Origin: Longimicrobiales bacterium
GTDB lineage: Bacteria > Gemmatimonadota > Gemmatimonadetes > Longimicrobiales > Gaopeijiaceae
NCBI GenBank assembly: GCA_965226375.1
Contig: CBDDCX010000006.1
Location: forward strand, 635,131 to 699,130
Length of the DNA stretch: 64,000 bases
Reading direction: 5' to 3'
A program made the position numbers and the translations under genes. Of this stretch, positions 39,740 through 48,555 are shown in pieces. How positions within the stretch are numbered: the stretch's first letter is position 1; each line of letters starts with the position of its first letter. Below the pieces are notes generated by a model. That model ran no database searches, was not told where the DNA came from, and worked only from the letters and a program-made list of their open reading frames with translations.

Positions 39740-41059
39740 CTACGGAGATGCTGCCTCGGTCAACACTTCACGCAGCCGCTGCGCCACCAATTGCTCCTCG
39801 CCGGAACGGAGTTGCCTGGTCCGTACCGTGGAGCCGTCGTAGACGACGCGGGGAGAGCCCTCGCGAAGCCGGCGCTTGAACTCACGGGCGTCCATGCCGA
39901 TCACGGACGCGTCCAAGGTGAGATCGACGTCGCCGTAGCCGCCGTTGTTCATCTCGAAGTGGGCGTCGACTCCGGGGATGTCCTGGAGCTGCTCAGCGAT
40001 CCAGCGGGCCCGGTCGTTCCATCGCGCGACCTCGGCGTCCTGGTCCATGGTCACGGCGCGCTCGAGCGCCACGACTAGGGCGATGATCTCCTCTTTGCCC
40101 ACCTTGAAGCCCCGCCCGATAAAATCGTTGGGCGAGTTCTGCATGCGAGCGGCCTCGATGAGGTCGGCCCGGCCAGCCAGAATGCCTGTGGACTGGGGGC
40201 CTAAGATGCCCTTGCCTCCGCTGATCACCACCAGATCGGCGCCGAGATCGATAAAGCGGTGAATGTTCTCCCAGGGTGGTAGGTCGGATGCCATATCGAC
40301 CATCACCGGTACCCCGTGCTCTTTGCCGATGCGGATCATCTCCTCGGGCTGAATCACCGAGGCGGGCGTTGGGTTGGATCGACGGGGAGACCGCGGAGGC
40401 GCGATGGGGAATCCCCGCTCCAGCGCGGAAATCGCTGGCATCATAGCCACCGTGCTGTCGATGCGGTTCACGAACTCCTCGCGCGATTCCACATAGACGC
40501 GGGTCATGCCCGCCGCCTTGTACGCGTGATCGTAACTGAACCGGTGGGGCTCCTGAATCAGGCATACCCTCCGATCCCACGTGACCTCGGGAAGGGCCCG
40601 GATCCGGTCCATGTCCGTGCCCGTGAGGCAAGCGGCGGATCCCAACAGCAACGATGCGGACCCGCCCGAAGTGATGATGGCAGCCTCCGCCCCCATCAAC
40701 TCGGCCACCCGTGCCCCCGCCGCCTCGATCAGCTCGTGCATGTCCACGAAGTACTCGTTCGCCTCGACCATGGCCTCGAGAACCTCCGGGGGCATCCTGG
40801 ACCCTCCCATAGTGGTGATGTGCTCGTGAGCGCCGATGTGTGGACGCACCCCGAGCAGCCGCGTGTAGATGTTGTCCTCGAGGTCCGCGGCCGTGTTGGC
40901 ACGGCCCCCGTAGCCCAGCGCGGAAGCGGTCTCCCCACTCTGCGTGGCACAACCTGTCGTGGTCAGTGCCCCCAGTCCGGCGGCCGTGCCAGTTCCGAGG
41001 AATTGTCGACGAGTGAGGGCCGGCGTCCGGGTTGTCGAGGCGGATACTGTCGATGACAT
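39740..41059 (-). CDS. SelA/DgaE-like PLP-dependent enzyme with Tat signal
   Basis: LTRRQFLG; T.MGGS.M; VDMAS; SGGKGILGPQSTG; GRGFKVGKEEI. Confidence 0.85.
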   Translation of the reverse strand: MSSTVSASTTRTPALTRRQFLGTGTAAGLGALTTTGCATQSGETASALGYGGRANTAADLEDNIYTRLLGVRPHIGAHEHITTMGGSRMPPEVLEAMVEANEYFVDMHELIEAAGARVAELMGAEAAIITSGGSASLLLGSAACLTGTDMDRIRALPEVTWDRRVCLIQEPHRFSYDHAYKAAGMTRVYVESREEFVNRIDSTVAMMPAISALERGFPIAPPRSPRRSNPTPASVIQPEEMIRIGKEHGVPVMVDMASDLPPWENIHRFIDLGADLVVISGGKGILGPQSTGILAGRADLIEAARMQNSPNDFIGRGFKVGKEEIIALVVALERAVTMDQDAEVARWNDRARWIAEQLQDIPGVDAHFEMNNGGYGDVDLTLDASVIGMDAREFKRRLREGSPRVVYDGSTVRTRQLRSGEEQLVAQRLREVLTEAASP

Positions 41060-41229
41060 ATCAGAAGTCTCCTGGAAGCGTGCGCGCGGCAGCCAGGTTA
41101 ATCGGCAGCCCGTGGGCTGGGCAACGGGAACAGGGAGGTTCACATCTTACCTCGGTGAGACTCGATGGCCAGTTCTCCTTCGGGCGTTGGGCCGTTTACG
41201 TTGGTACATCAATCTCAAGGGAGTTCCGA

Positions 41230-42620
41230 ATGCACCGCGCCATACTGCCCATGCTGCTGTTCATCTTGGTGTGCCATAGCCCTCTCTCTGCCCAGTTTAA
41301 CCAGAAGTGGGGAGTGCCGGGTTCGCCCACCGGACAGAAGGTCGCCGTGATTCTGGAGATGGTAGACCGCGGTGACGACGACTTTACGCGGGAGATGCTT
41401 GGCACCCATTTCGCCGAGGCGTTCGTGGCGTTGAAATCGATGGAGGAGCATTTCGCCGAGTTTCGGCGGTTGCATGAGGACCTCCCCGAGCTACGGCCCG
41501 CCGGGGTGATGCGGACCGACACAGGCGCGAGGTTCAGGGCTCGATCAGAGGCGTCGGGCCAGGCCGTCTCGTTCACGTTTCAGGTTGACGACGGAGGCCG
41601 CATTGCGGGGTTGGAGGTGGATATGGGCTCAGGGGGGCCGGGTCGTGCCGGCGGCCCTCGACGACCGCTGCCTGAGCAACTCGAGGAGTGGACCGAGGCA
41701 GGCGAGTTCTCCGGAGTTGTTTTCGATTCCCGCGACGGCGAGACTCTTTTCGCCCAGGCCTATGGGCTGGCGGACCGGCGCTACGACATCCCCAACACAC
41801 TGGATACCGCGTTCAACCTCGGGTCGCTGATCAAGGCCTTCACGGGGGCCGCCATCATGCTGCTCGAGGAGGATGGCAGAGTGGACCTCGACGCGCCCCT
41901 CGGAGACTATGTCGACGGATTTCCCGAGGATATCGCTCAGAAGGTCACGGTCCGTCATCTGCTCCAACACCGCTCGGGATGGGGTCACTACTGGGATAAC
42001 GAGACGTTCCTCGAGAACCTGGGGGAGATGCGCGAGATGTCGGACTATCTGGCGTTCATCCGGGAGATCCCCCTGGGATTCGAGCCTGGAACGGACCGAG
42101 AGTACAGCAACGTCGGGTATGAAGTGTTGGGTGGCGTCATCGAGGCGGCCTCAGGGATGTCGTACTACGATTTCGTGCAGGAGCGGATCTTCGATCCTCT
42201 GGGGATGACCCGGAGTGGGTTTCCGATGAGGGATCAGCCGGCGCGGGGGGTGGCGGTCGGGTATACCAAGCAGCATCCCGACGCGGTTGAGGAAGGGTAC
42301 AGTATGGAGAACACGTTCCTGCTGGCCCCGCGGGGGACGGCGGGGGGTGGGGGCTACTCCACCGTGGAGGATCTGCAGCGGTTTTGGCTGGGACTGGCGG
42401 ATGGGAAGATCGCGGGTGAGCGCGGGTTCAGCATGGTGCTGGGTGAATACGATGGGACGGCGGGACGCCACGGGGAGAGACGGTGCGCGCCGGGGGTGGA
42501 CCGGGAGTGATGGCTGTGATTCTGTTCAACCCAGGGGAGCGGCGGTTTGCCGCCGTGCTGTCGAACTTCGACTCCGAGCTAGTTTCGCAGGTGATCGAGC
42601 GGTTCGAGGATCGGCGGTAG
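41230..42620 (+). pseudogene. Serine hydrolase (beta-lactamase family), frameshifted near 42440-42490
   Basis: GSLIK (SxxK), YSN; AGGGPG..VLSNFD C-terminus continues in another frame to TAG 42618. Confidence 0.75.
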
Positions 42621-42650
42621 AGGGTGGTGATCTCTGTCTGAGGGATCGGC

Positions 42651-43505
42651 ATGAGCGAGGCCGCGTCTAAGAAGGTTCGGATGTACCTGGTACTCACGGT
42701 CATCCTTGCTGCCCCCTTCTGCTATCTGAGCATCTCGGCTGGCACGCTGTCCGCAGGCGGTGGACTCTACGTGTTGGGCTTGATGTGGAGTCCGGGCGTA
42801 TCGGCACTCCTGACAAGACTCTTACTGCAGCGAAACGTCCGGGGCATGGGTTGGGGATGGGGCAAGGCGAGGTATCAAGTGGCCAGCTACCTCATCCCGC
42901 TGGTCGCGGGTATGGGCGTCTATGGATTCGCCTGGTCGGTGGGCATCGGTGGCTTTTCCACCGAGGCGATCAGCGAGGGGCTTCCCGACTCGATCCCGTT
43001 GGCGATCGGGCTCATAGGCACGCTCGGTTTTCTACAGACGGCCATTCCCTCGCCGGGGGAGGAAATCGGATGGCGTGGGCTGCTGGTGCCGGAGCTCGCC
43101 AGAATCACGAGTTACGCGAAGGTGTCGCTCATCACTGCGGCCATCTGGTCGATCTACCACTACCCCGTGTTGATCTTCGCCGACTACAGCAGTGCAGCTC
43201 CCAGGTGGTACGCATTCCTCATGTTCACCGTGAGCATCGTCGGGGTTTCCTTCATCGCCACGTGGCTGCGGCTCCGGTCAGGTAGCGTCTGGACCGGTGT
43301 GATCCTGCACACCAGCCACAACCTCTTTGTTCAGGGGGTGTTCGACGGCTTGACGGTGGAAGCAGGCTACACCGAGTACTTCACTACGGAGTTCGGGGCT
43401 GGGCTGGCGATGGTATATGTCGCAGGTGGATGGTGGTGTTGGAGACATCGGGCATCACTCCCGGATCCCGTCCCTGCGAGCACCGCGGACACTAGTGCAG
43501 AGTGA
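42651..43505 (+). CDS. CPBP/CAAX-family intramembrane metalloprotease
   Basis: GEEIGWRG, WSIYH, LHTSHN. Confidence 0.9.
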   Translation: MSEAASKKVRMYLVLTVILAAPFCYLSISAGTLSAGGGLYVLGLMWSPGVSALLTRLLLQRNVRGMGWGWGKARYQVASYLIPLVAGMGVYGFAWSVGIGGFSTEAISEGLPDSIPLAIGLIGTLGFLQTAIPSPGEEIGWRGLLVPELARITSYAKVSLITAAIWSIYHYPVLIFADYSSAAPRWYAFLMFTVSIVGVSFIATWLRLRSGSVWTGVILHTSHNLFVQGVFDGLTVEAGYTEYFTTEFGAGLAMVYVAGGWWCWRHRASLPDPVPASTADTSAE

Positions 43506-44247
43506 CCAGTACTTCCTCGAGTAGCGACTGCAACGACTTCACAAAGCTGGACAGGTTGCGCTGCATCGCGGCCACCTCCTGCTGCCTCTCTTTGAGCTCA
43601 ATGACCATCTCGTCTCTGAGCCCCTCCCACCTCGCCAGGTTCTTCTCGATGGTACGAACGACGCCCATTGCCTCGTCGGCGTCGTTCACTACGCGCTCCT
43701 CCGTCTTGGTGACCAGATCGCGAACGCTGTCGCGTGCGGTGTGCAGGTAGGTGATCTCGGTGGGATACACGGTGTCGGGGTTCTCAGCCATCTTCTCCGT
43801 CGCTGCGGCGATATCCTTGAGCCGTACCATCTCCTTTTTCTTCGAAGCCTCCTGTGCGGCGAGATCACGGGTCAGGGACCTGGCGCCGTTCCTGGCGATT
43901 CTCAGGACGTCCTTATTGACGTCCGCCTCCCAATCCGCGTTGTGGGCGGCCCTACCTGCCCAACCCAGGGATCTGCCCGTTGCGGCGAGGGCTCTTCGGA
44001 GCTGCTCCTGCTGCCGGACTAGCAGCTCACCCTCCTGTTGCATACGGGCAAAGGCCAGCGAGGCCAAATCGCGGGCGACCTGTCCCATTTCCTGGGAGTC
44101 GGGTATCTCGTGTCCTGAACGGTTCGGAGTTTCGGCGATCTTGGTGGAAATGACTAGCTCCTTGGGTACTGTGACTGTGGTGTTGGCATGATTCGGGCGG
44201 TGCCGGTGCCCGAGTGGAGGATGCTCCAGCCCACGACACAAGCGCAA
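43492..44247 (-). CDS. Hypothetical helical/coiled-coil protein (start uncertain)
   Basis: Long heptad-rich ORF; true start probably near 44190. Confidence 0.6.
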   Translation of the reverse strand: MRLCRGLEHPPLGHRHRPNHANTTVTVPKELVISTKIAETPNRSGHEIPDSQEMGQVARDLASLAFARMQQEGELLVRQQEQLRRALAATGRSLGWAGRAAHNADWEADVNKDVLRIARNGARSLTRDLAAQEASKKKEMVRLKDIAAATEKMAENPDTVYPTEITYLHTARDSVRDLVTKTEERVVNDADEAMGVVRTIEKNLARWEGLRDEMVIELKERQQEVAAMQRNLSSFVKSLQSLLEEVLVTLH

Positions 44248-44437
44248 CGGAATTTTTACACCGCGGAATCGCGATAGTTCACATTGGTTGCTCGGGACGT
44301 TCCAGGGGCCATTCGGGTGTTATTCGCAATCCACTCTCCCCAACGCTACATTGTCGCTCCGGGCGTCCTGACGAACACGGCCGGTGTGGTACCCCGATGG
44401 GTGCCATTGGTGATTCCCGTCGATGGAGGTCGGGACC

Positions 44438-45964
44438 ATGAAGACGATGTTTGGTGTTGTTCTGTCCGTGGGCTTGCTGGCCGCAGTCTTCATTAAAGGT
44501 GCCGCCTCACCCGGCATTGCTCTCGCCATCGGCGAGGTGACCGCACCCGCCACGACTGCCGCGTTGGTGAGTTCGGTCATTCCGGCGCCCAACTCCGCGT
44601 CCGGCGGCGCCGAGGATCCCATACTCCTGACGCTATCAGAGGCGCTCGACGCCTCCGCCTTCGAGCCGAGTGCCTTCTCGGTCTTCGGACGCTGGTCCGG
44701 TGTCGCCCGTGGTCGGGTGACCCTTGAGGAGGGTGGCACCCAGGTCCGGTTCGAGCCCGAGCAGGCGTTTCACGCCGGGGAGTCCGTTACCGTGACGCTT
44801 CGCCGCGGAATGCGGACGGCTGCCGGCACCACCCTGCCGACGGGCTACACGTGGACGTTCTGGATTAAGTCCGGGCCAGGATCGTTGGACATGGTTGAAC
44901 TCGGCGCTGTGACGACCCTGCTAGAGGGCGAGGAGCATACGCAGCCCTACGGCGGCTACGCCGGAGACTTCAACGGCGACGGCTATCCGGATATCGCCAT
45001 CCCCAACGAGGTCTCGGGGGACGTGCGTGTCATGCTCAACGACGGCGCGGGTAACTACTCCGACTTCACGGTCCTGGATATTCCCTCGGGCGCCTACCCG
45101 AGCCCGAACGAGGGGGCCGACTTCAACGGGGACGGAATCACGGACTTCGCGGTGGGCAACGCGGGCAACGACTTGGTCGCGGTGTTCATGGGCAGGGGTG
45201 ACGGGGGCTTCCGTGTCGGCACGAGTTACCACGCCGGGACGAATATCCGGGGCTTGTGCATCATGGACCTGAATCTGGACGGGTGGCCCGACATTGCCAC
45301 GGCCAACATGACCGGCGGCGTGGAGCCCAACCGGGGCACCATCTCGTTGATGCTGAACGACGGCTCCGGGGTCTTTTCGGACATTACGACCATCCCATCC
45401 CCCGGCCGTGGCGAGAAGACGTGTGCTACGGGTGACGCCAACGAGGACGGAATCCTCGATCTCTTCGTGGGAGCGTTCAACAGCGACGAGATACTCGTCT
45501 ATCTCGGAGACGGGGAGGGTGGCCTGGAGTTCGCGAGCAAGGTGCCGATGAGAGGCCGTACCTGGATGATCGTAACCGGAGACATGAACGGCGACGGGCA
45601 CGTCGATCTGATCTCGGCGAACCGTCAGACGAGCAGCGCCGCCATTTTCTTCGGTGACGGCAAGGGCAATCTGGCGGAGCCCGTCCAGTACAAGATCGGT
45701 GAGGATCCCTTGGCGATCGATGTGGGGGACATCGATGGGGACGGCGATCTGGACGTGGTGAGCAGCGACAAGGCCGGCGACTCGTTCACGATCTATGAGA
45801 ACGCGGGAGACGGTACCCTGATCCGGCCACGCACGTTGCTGTCGGGTCAGGCCGGATCCTGCGCCATCATCCACGATCGGGACCGGGACGGCGACCTGGA
45901 CATCACCGGGGTGGATGAGACGGCCGACCTGATCTTCATGTTCGAGAATCCGGGTCGCTCCTGA
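44438..45964 (+). CDS. Ig-like (Big_5) plus FG-GAP/VCBS repeat secreted protein
   Basis: About seven D(F/L/M)NGDG..D repeats; N-terminal Ig-like segment; GGAGG RBS. Confidence 0.88.
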   Translation: MKTMFGVVLSVGLLAAVFIKGAASPGIALAIGEVTAPATTAALVSSVIPAPNSASGGAEDPILLTLSEALDASAFEPSAFSVFGRWSGVARGRVTLEEGGTQVRFEPEQAFHAGESVTVTLRRGMRTAAGTTLPTGYTWTFWIKSGPGSLDMVELGAVTTLLEGEEHTQPYGGYAGDFNGDGYPDIAIPNEVSGDVRVMLNDGAGNYSDFTVLDIPSGAYPSPNEGADFNGDGITDFAVGNAGNDLVAVFMGRGDGGFRVGTSYHAGTNIRGLCIMDLNLDGWPDIATANMTGGVEPNRGTISLMLNDGSGVFSDITTIPSPGRGEKTCATGDANEDGILDLFVGAFNSDEILVYLGDGEGGLEFASKVPMRGRTWMIVTGDMNGDGHVDLISANRQTSSAAIFFGDGKGNLAEPVQYKIGEDPLAIDVGDIDGDGDLDVVSSDKAGDSFTIYENAGDGTLIRPRTLLSGQAGSCAIIHDRDRDGDLDITGVDETADLIFMFENPGRS

Positions 45965-46061
45965 CGCGACCCCGCCGTATTTCTTCAGCCGGCCCTCAGG
46001 GGTGAGGCGGCCGGGGCGATCCGCCCCGGCCGCCGGTCCCACAGTCGCTAGGAGCTTTTTC

Positions 46062-46724
46062 ATGATCCGTCGAATTTCTTTGGCGGCCCTGGCCCTGCTG
46101 ATCGCGGGGCCGCTTGTAGCTCAAGCGCCCGAGGGGTGGCAGCTACGGGTGGACCGGAGCACCAACGCCGCCGACCCGGACGACGTACCCGAGGTGGAGT
46201 TCCAGAGCGTCTCGCGCGGGTTTCAGATCAACACCGGACCCGCCGCCGTGGCCTGGTACGCGGACAACACCGCGTCGGGCGAGTACACCCTCGACGGAAG
46301 GTTCACCCTGCTGGCTCCCAGCGACCACGTGAACTACTACGGCCTGGTGTACGGCGGCCGTGACCTGGAGGGCGCGGGACAGAACTACCTGTACTTCCTG
46401 GTGGCCCAGGACGGCAGTTTCATCATCAAGCACCGGGCGGGGGACGACGTGACTCACGACATCGCCCCGCGCACGCCGCACGACGCGGTGGTACAGCCCG
46501 ACGCCAGTGGTAAGTCGGTCAACCAGCTACAGATCCAGGTACGTGAGGAGGGGACCGACTTCTCCGTGAATGGAACCGTCGTCTACACGCTCGGCAGCAT
46601 CATTCAGGCGCGTCTGAATATGCCGGAGTTGTCCGGGATGCGTTCAAGCGCGAACGGGATCTGGGGCGTGAGGGTCAACCACCGCATCCCGGGTGTGTTG
46701 GTGGAGGGGCTGCGGCTGAGGTAA
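46062..46724 (+). CDS. Hypothetical secreted protein (beta-sandwich-like)
   Basis: Signal peptide ending AQA; AGGAG RBS; beta-rich. Confidence 0.7.
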   Translation: MIRRISLAALALLIAGPLVAQAPEGWQLRVDRSTNAADPDDVPEVEFQSVSRGFQINTGPAAVAWYADNTASGEYTLDGRFTLLAPSDHVNYYGLVYGGRDLEGAGQNYLYFLVAQDGSFIIKHRAGDDVTHDIAPRTPHDAVVQPDASGKSVNQLQIQVREEGTDFSVNGTVVYTLGSIIQARLNMPELSGMRSSANGIWGVRVNHRIPGVLVEGLRLR

Positions 46725-46741
46725 GGGGCTCCATCCTGGAG

Positions 46742-46778
46742 GACTCCCCCCCGCCTTCCCCGTGGACGGGGGGGCGTC
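46742..46778. terminator. Hairpin between convergent genes
   Basis: C-run / G-run stem GACTCCCCCCCG...CGGGGGGGCGTC. Confidence 0.5.
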
Positions 46779-48071
46779 TTACGGTGTTGTACCGCCGCTG
46801 AAGCGGGCACTCAGGGCGTCCCGGTCCACCGCGGTTCCGCGGAGATAGACCGAGGAAATCCGCCTGGTGTTCGTGATGTCGTCCAGGGGGTTCGCGTCCA
46901 GGACGATGAAGTCCGCGCTCATGCCCACCGCCACCGTACCGGCGTCTGCGACCCGCATCAGCTCCGCCGAACTGCTCGTTGCCGCGACGATGACTTCCGC
47001 AGGGGTCATTCCCGACCTCACCATGTCCTCCATCTCGAGATGCAGGGCCCAAGGCGTGCTCCCGTCAGTGCCGAACGCAATCTTCACTCCGGCCCGGTTG
47101 AACCGGTCCAGGTTGCGGGCCTGGATGCCGAACGCCTCCTGGGCCGCCGGCCGATCCGTGGACGCATCCTGGATCTCCTGCAGATCGGCGGCGGGCACCG
47201 TCCCGCTCAGCCAACCGAAGTCCACCGCCACCCCCGGATCGGGGAGGTTGGGAACCAGAACCACGTCGGGGCGCTCGCTCCAGAGCGCCATGAGCTCGTC
47301 GTCCGCATCCAGATCGCGCACCCCGTGGGCGAATACGTCGAGGTCTGCGCGGAGAAGCCCCTTCGCGTCTTCCAGCGTGTAGACGTGGGCTGTGACTCGG
47401 AGGCCCTGCGTGTGGGCCTCGTCGATGATCGCGCCGTAGAGTTCAGGTGTCAGCTTGTCGTAACGACCGTTACGATCGTCGACCCAGATCTTGACGATGT
47501 CCACCTCCCGAGCGGCCAACTCCTGCACAGCCGTCCGTGCCTCCTCGTCGCTCGAAATCCAGTAGGCGGCCTCGGACCGTCCGGGCTCCGGGCGGGTGAT
47601 CCCGCGCCCCGCCGTGAGGGACCTCGCGGCATCGGGCACTGATTCGTCCCTCATCTGGAACGCGAGTTCGACATCGTCGTGTCCCAGGCTCACGACCACA
47701 CCGGTCCCGTAGTAGGCCATGTGCTGGAGCTGAGCGACGCGCTCGTCACGCGTGGTGGCCAGGTGGATGTGCGCGTTCACTATGGCCGGCATGACGGTCT
47801 TCCCGCTCAGGTCCACGTGCGTGGCGCCGACCGGAATCTCCACGTCCGCTCTCGGCCCGACCTGCGTGAAGCCATCGTTCTCGACCACGAATACCGCGTC
47901 CTCGATCGGTGCGCTTCCGTCGCCCGTGATCAGGCGAGCGCCCTCGAATACGGTCACGGCTGCGCCGCTTCCGGCGTCGGGCCCGGCGCAACCGACCATC
48001 AGGACGACGGCCAGAAGGAGTTGGGCGAACATAGCCCTTACGCGGTACGACTCACGGCTGGCCTGGCACAT
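46779..48071 (-). CDS. Amidohydrolase-family lipoprotein
   Basis: MVGC lipobox, NAHIH, AHV, FGTDG, ADFIVLDANPL.DI. Confidence 0.88.
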   Translation of the reverse strand: MCQASRESYRVRAMFAQLLLAVVLMVGCAGPDAGSGAAVTVFEGARLITGDGSAPIEDAVFVVENDGFTQVGPRADVEIPVGATHVDLSGKTVMPAIVNAHIHLATTRDERVAQLQHMAYYGTGVVVSLGHDDVELAFQMRDESVPDAARSLTAGRGITRPEPGRSEAAYWISSDEEARTAVQELAAREVDIVKIWVDDRNGRYDKLTPELYGAIIDEAHTQGLRVTAHVYTLEDAKGLLRADLDVFAHGVRDLDADDELMALWSERPDVVLVPNLPDPGVAVDFGWLSGTVPAADLQEIQDASTDRPAAQEAFGIQARNLDRFNRAGVKIAFGTDGSTPWALHLEMEDMVRSGMTPAEVIVAATSSSAELMRVADAGTVAVGMSADFIVLDANPLDDITNTRRISSVYLRGTAVDRDALSARFSGGTTP

Positions 48072-48144
48072 GGAGACCTCACATCGAAGATGGTGATTTC
48101 AGACCAGCGTAGCCTCGGCCGACATCCGTGTGCAACCTTTTCGG

Positions 48145-48163
48145 CATTGTGAGTATCACAATG
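48145..48163. promoter_or_regulatory. Palindromic operator upstream of PadR
   Basis: CATTGTGA-GTA-TCACAATG perfect 8-bp IR; TGTGAGTAT also directly repeated. Confidence 0.65.
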
Positions 48164-48225
48164 TGAGTATGGGGCGTGTCGCTGCGTTTGGCGCCGCCTT
48201 CACCAACTCAATGGAGAACGGCTCG

Positions 48226-48555
48226 ATGCCTGCGGATTACTTGGGAGAGTTCGAACAGATGGTGCTCCTCTCGATCATGCGTCTCGACGACGGCGCGTAT
48301 GGGCTTGCGGTGCGAGAGGAACTCGAAAAGGTCGGGGGTCGCGTACCCTCTTCCGGCGCACTCTACACCACGCTGGATCGAATGGAGCGAAAGGGCCTCG
48401 TCGAATCCCGCTCCGGTGAGACCACCTCCGCACGCGGAGGTCGGCCGAGACGGTACGTGGGACTGACCCCCAAGGGTATGGCCGCGCTCCAGCGGTCTCG
48501 GGAAGCACTCATTCGGCTTTGGGACGGCCTCGAAACGTCCCTAGACGCCCGATGA
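48226..48555 (+). CDS. PadR-family transcriptional regulator
   Basis: LGEFEQMVLL, AYG, GALYTTLDRMERKG, RGGRPRRY. Confidence 0.92.
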   Translation: MPADYLGEFEQMVLLSIMRLDDGAYGLAVREELEKVGGRVPSSGALYTTLDRMERKGLVESRSGETTSARGGRPRRYVGLTPKGMAALQRSREALIRLWDGLETSLDAR

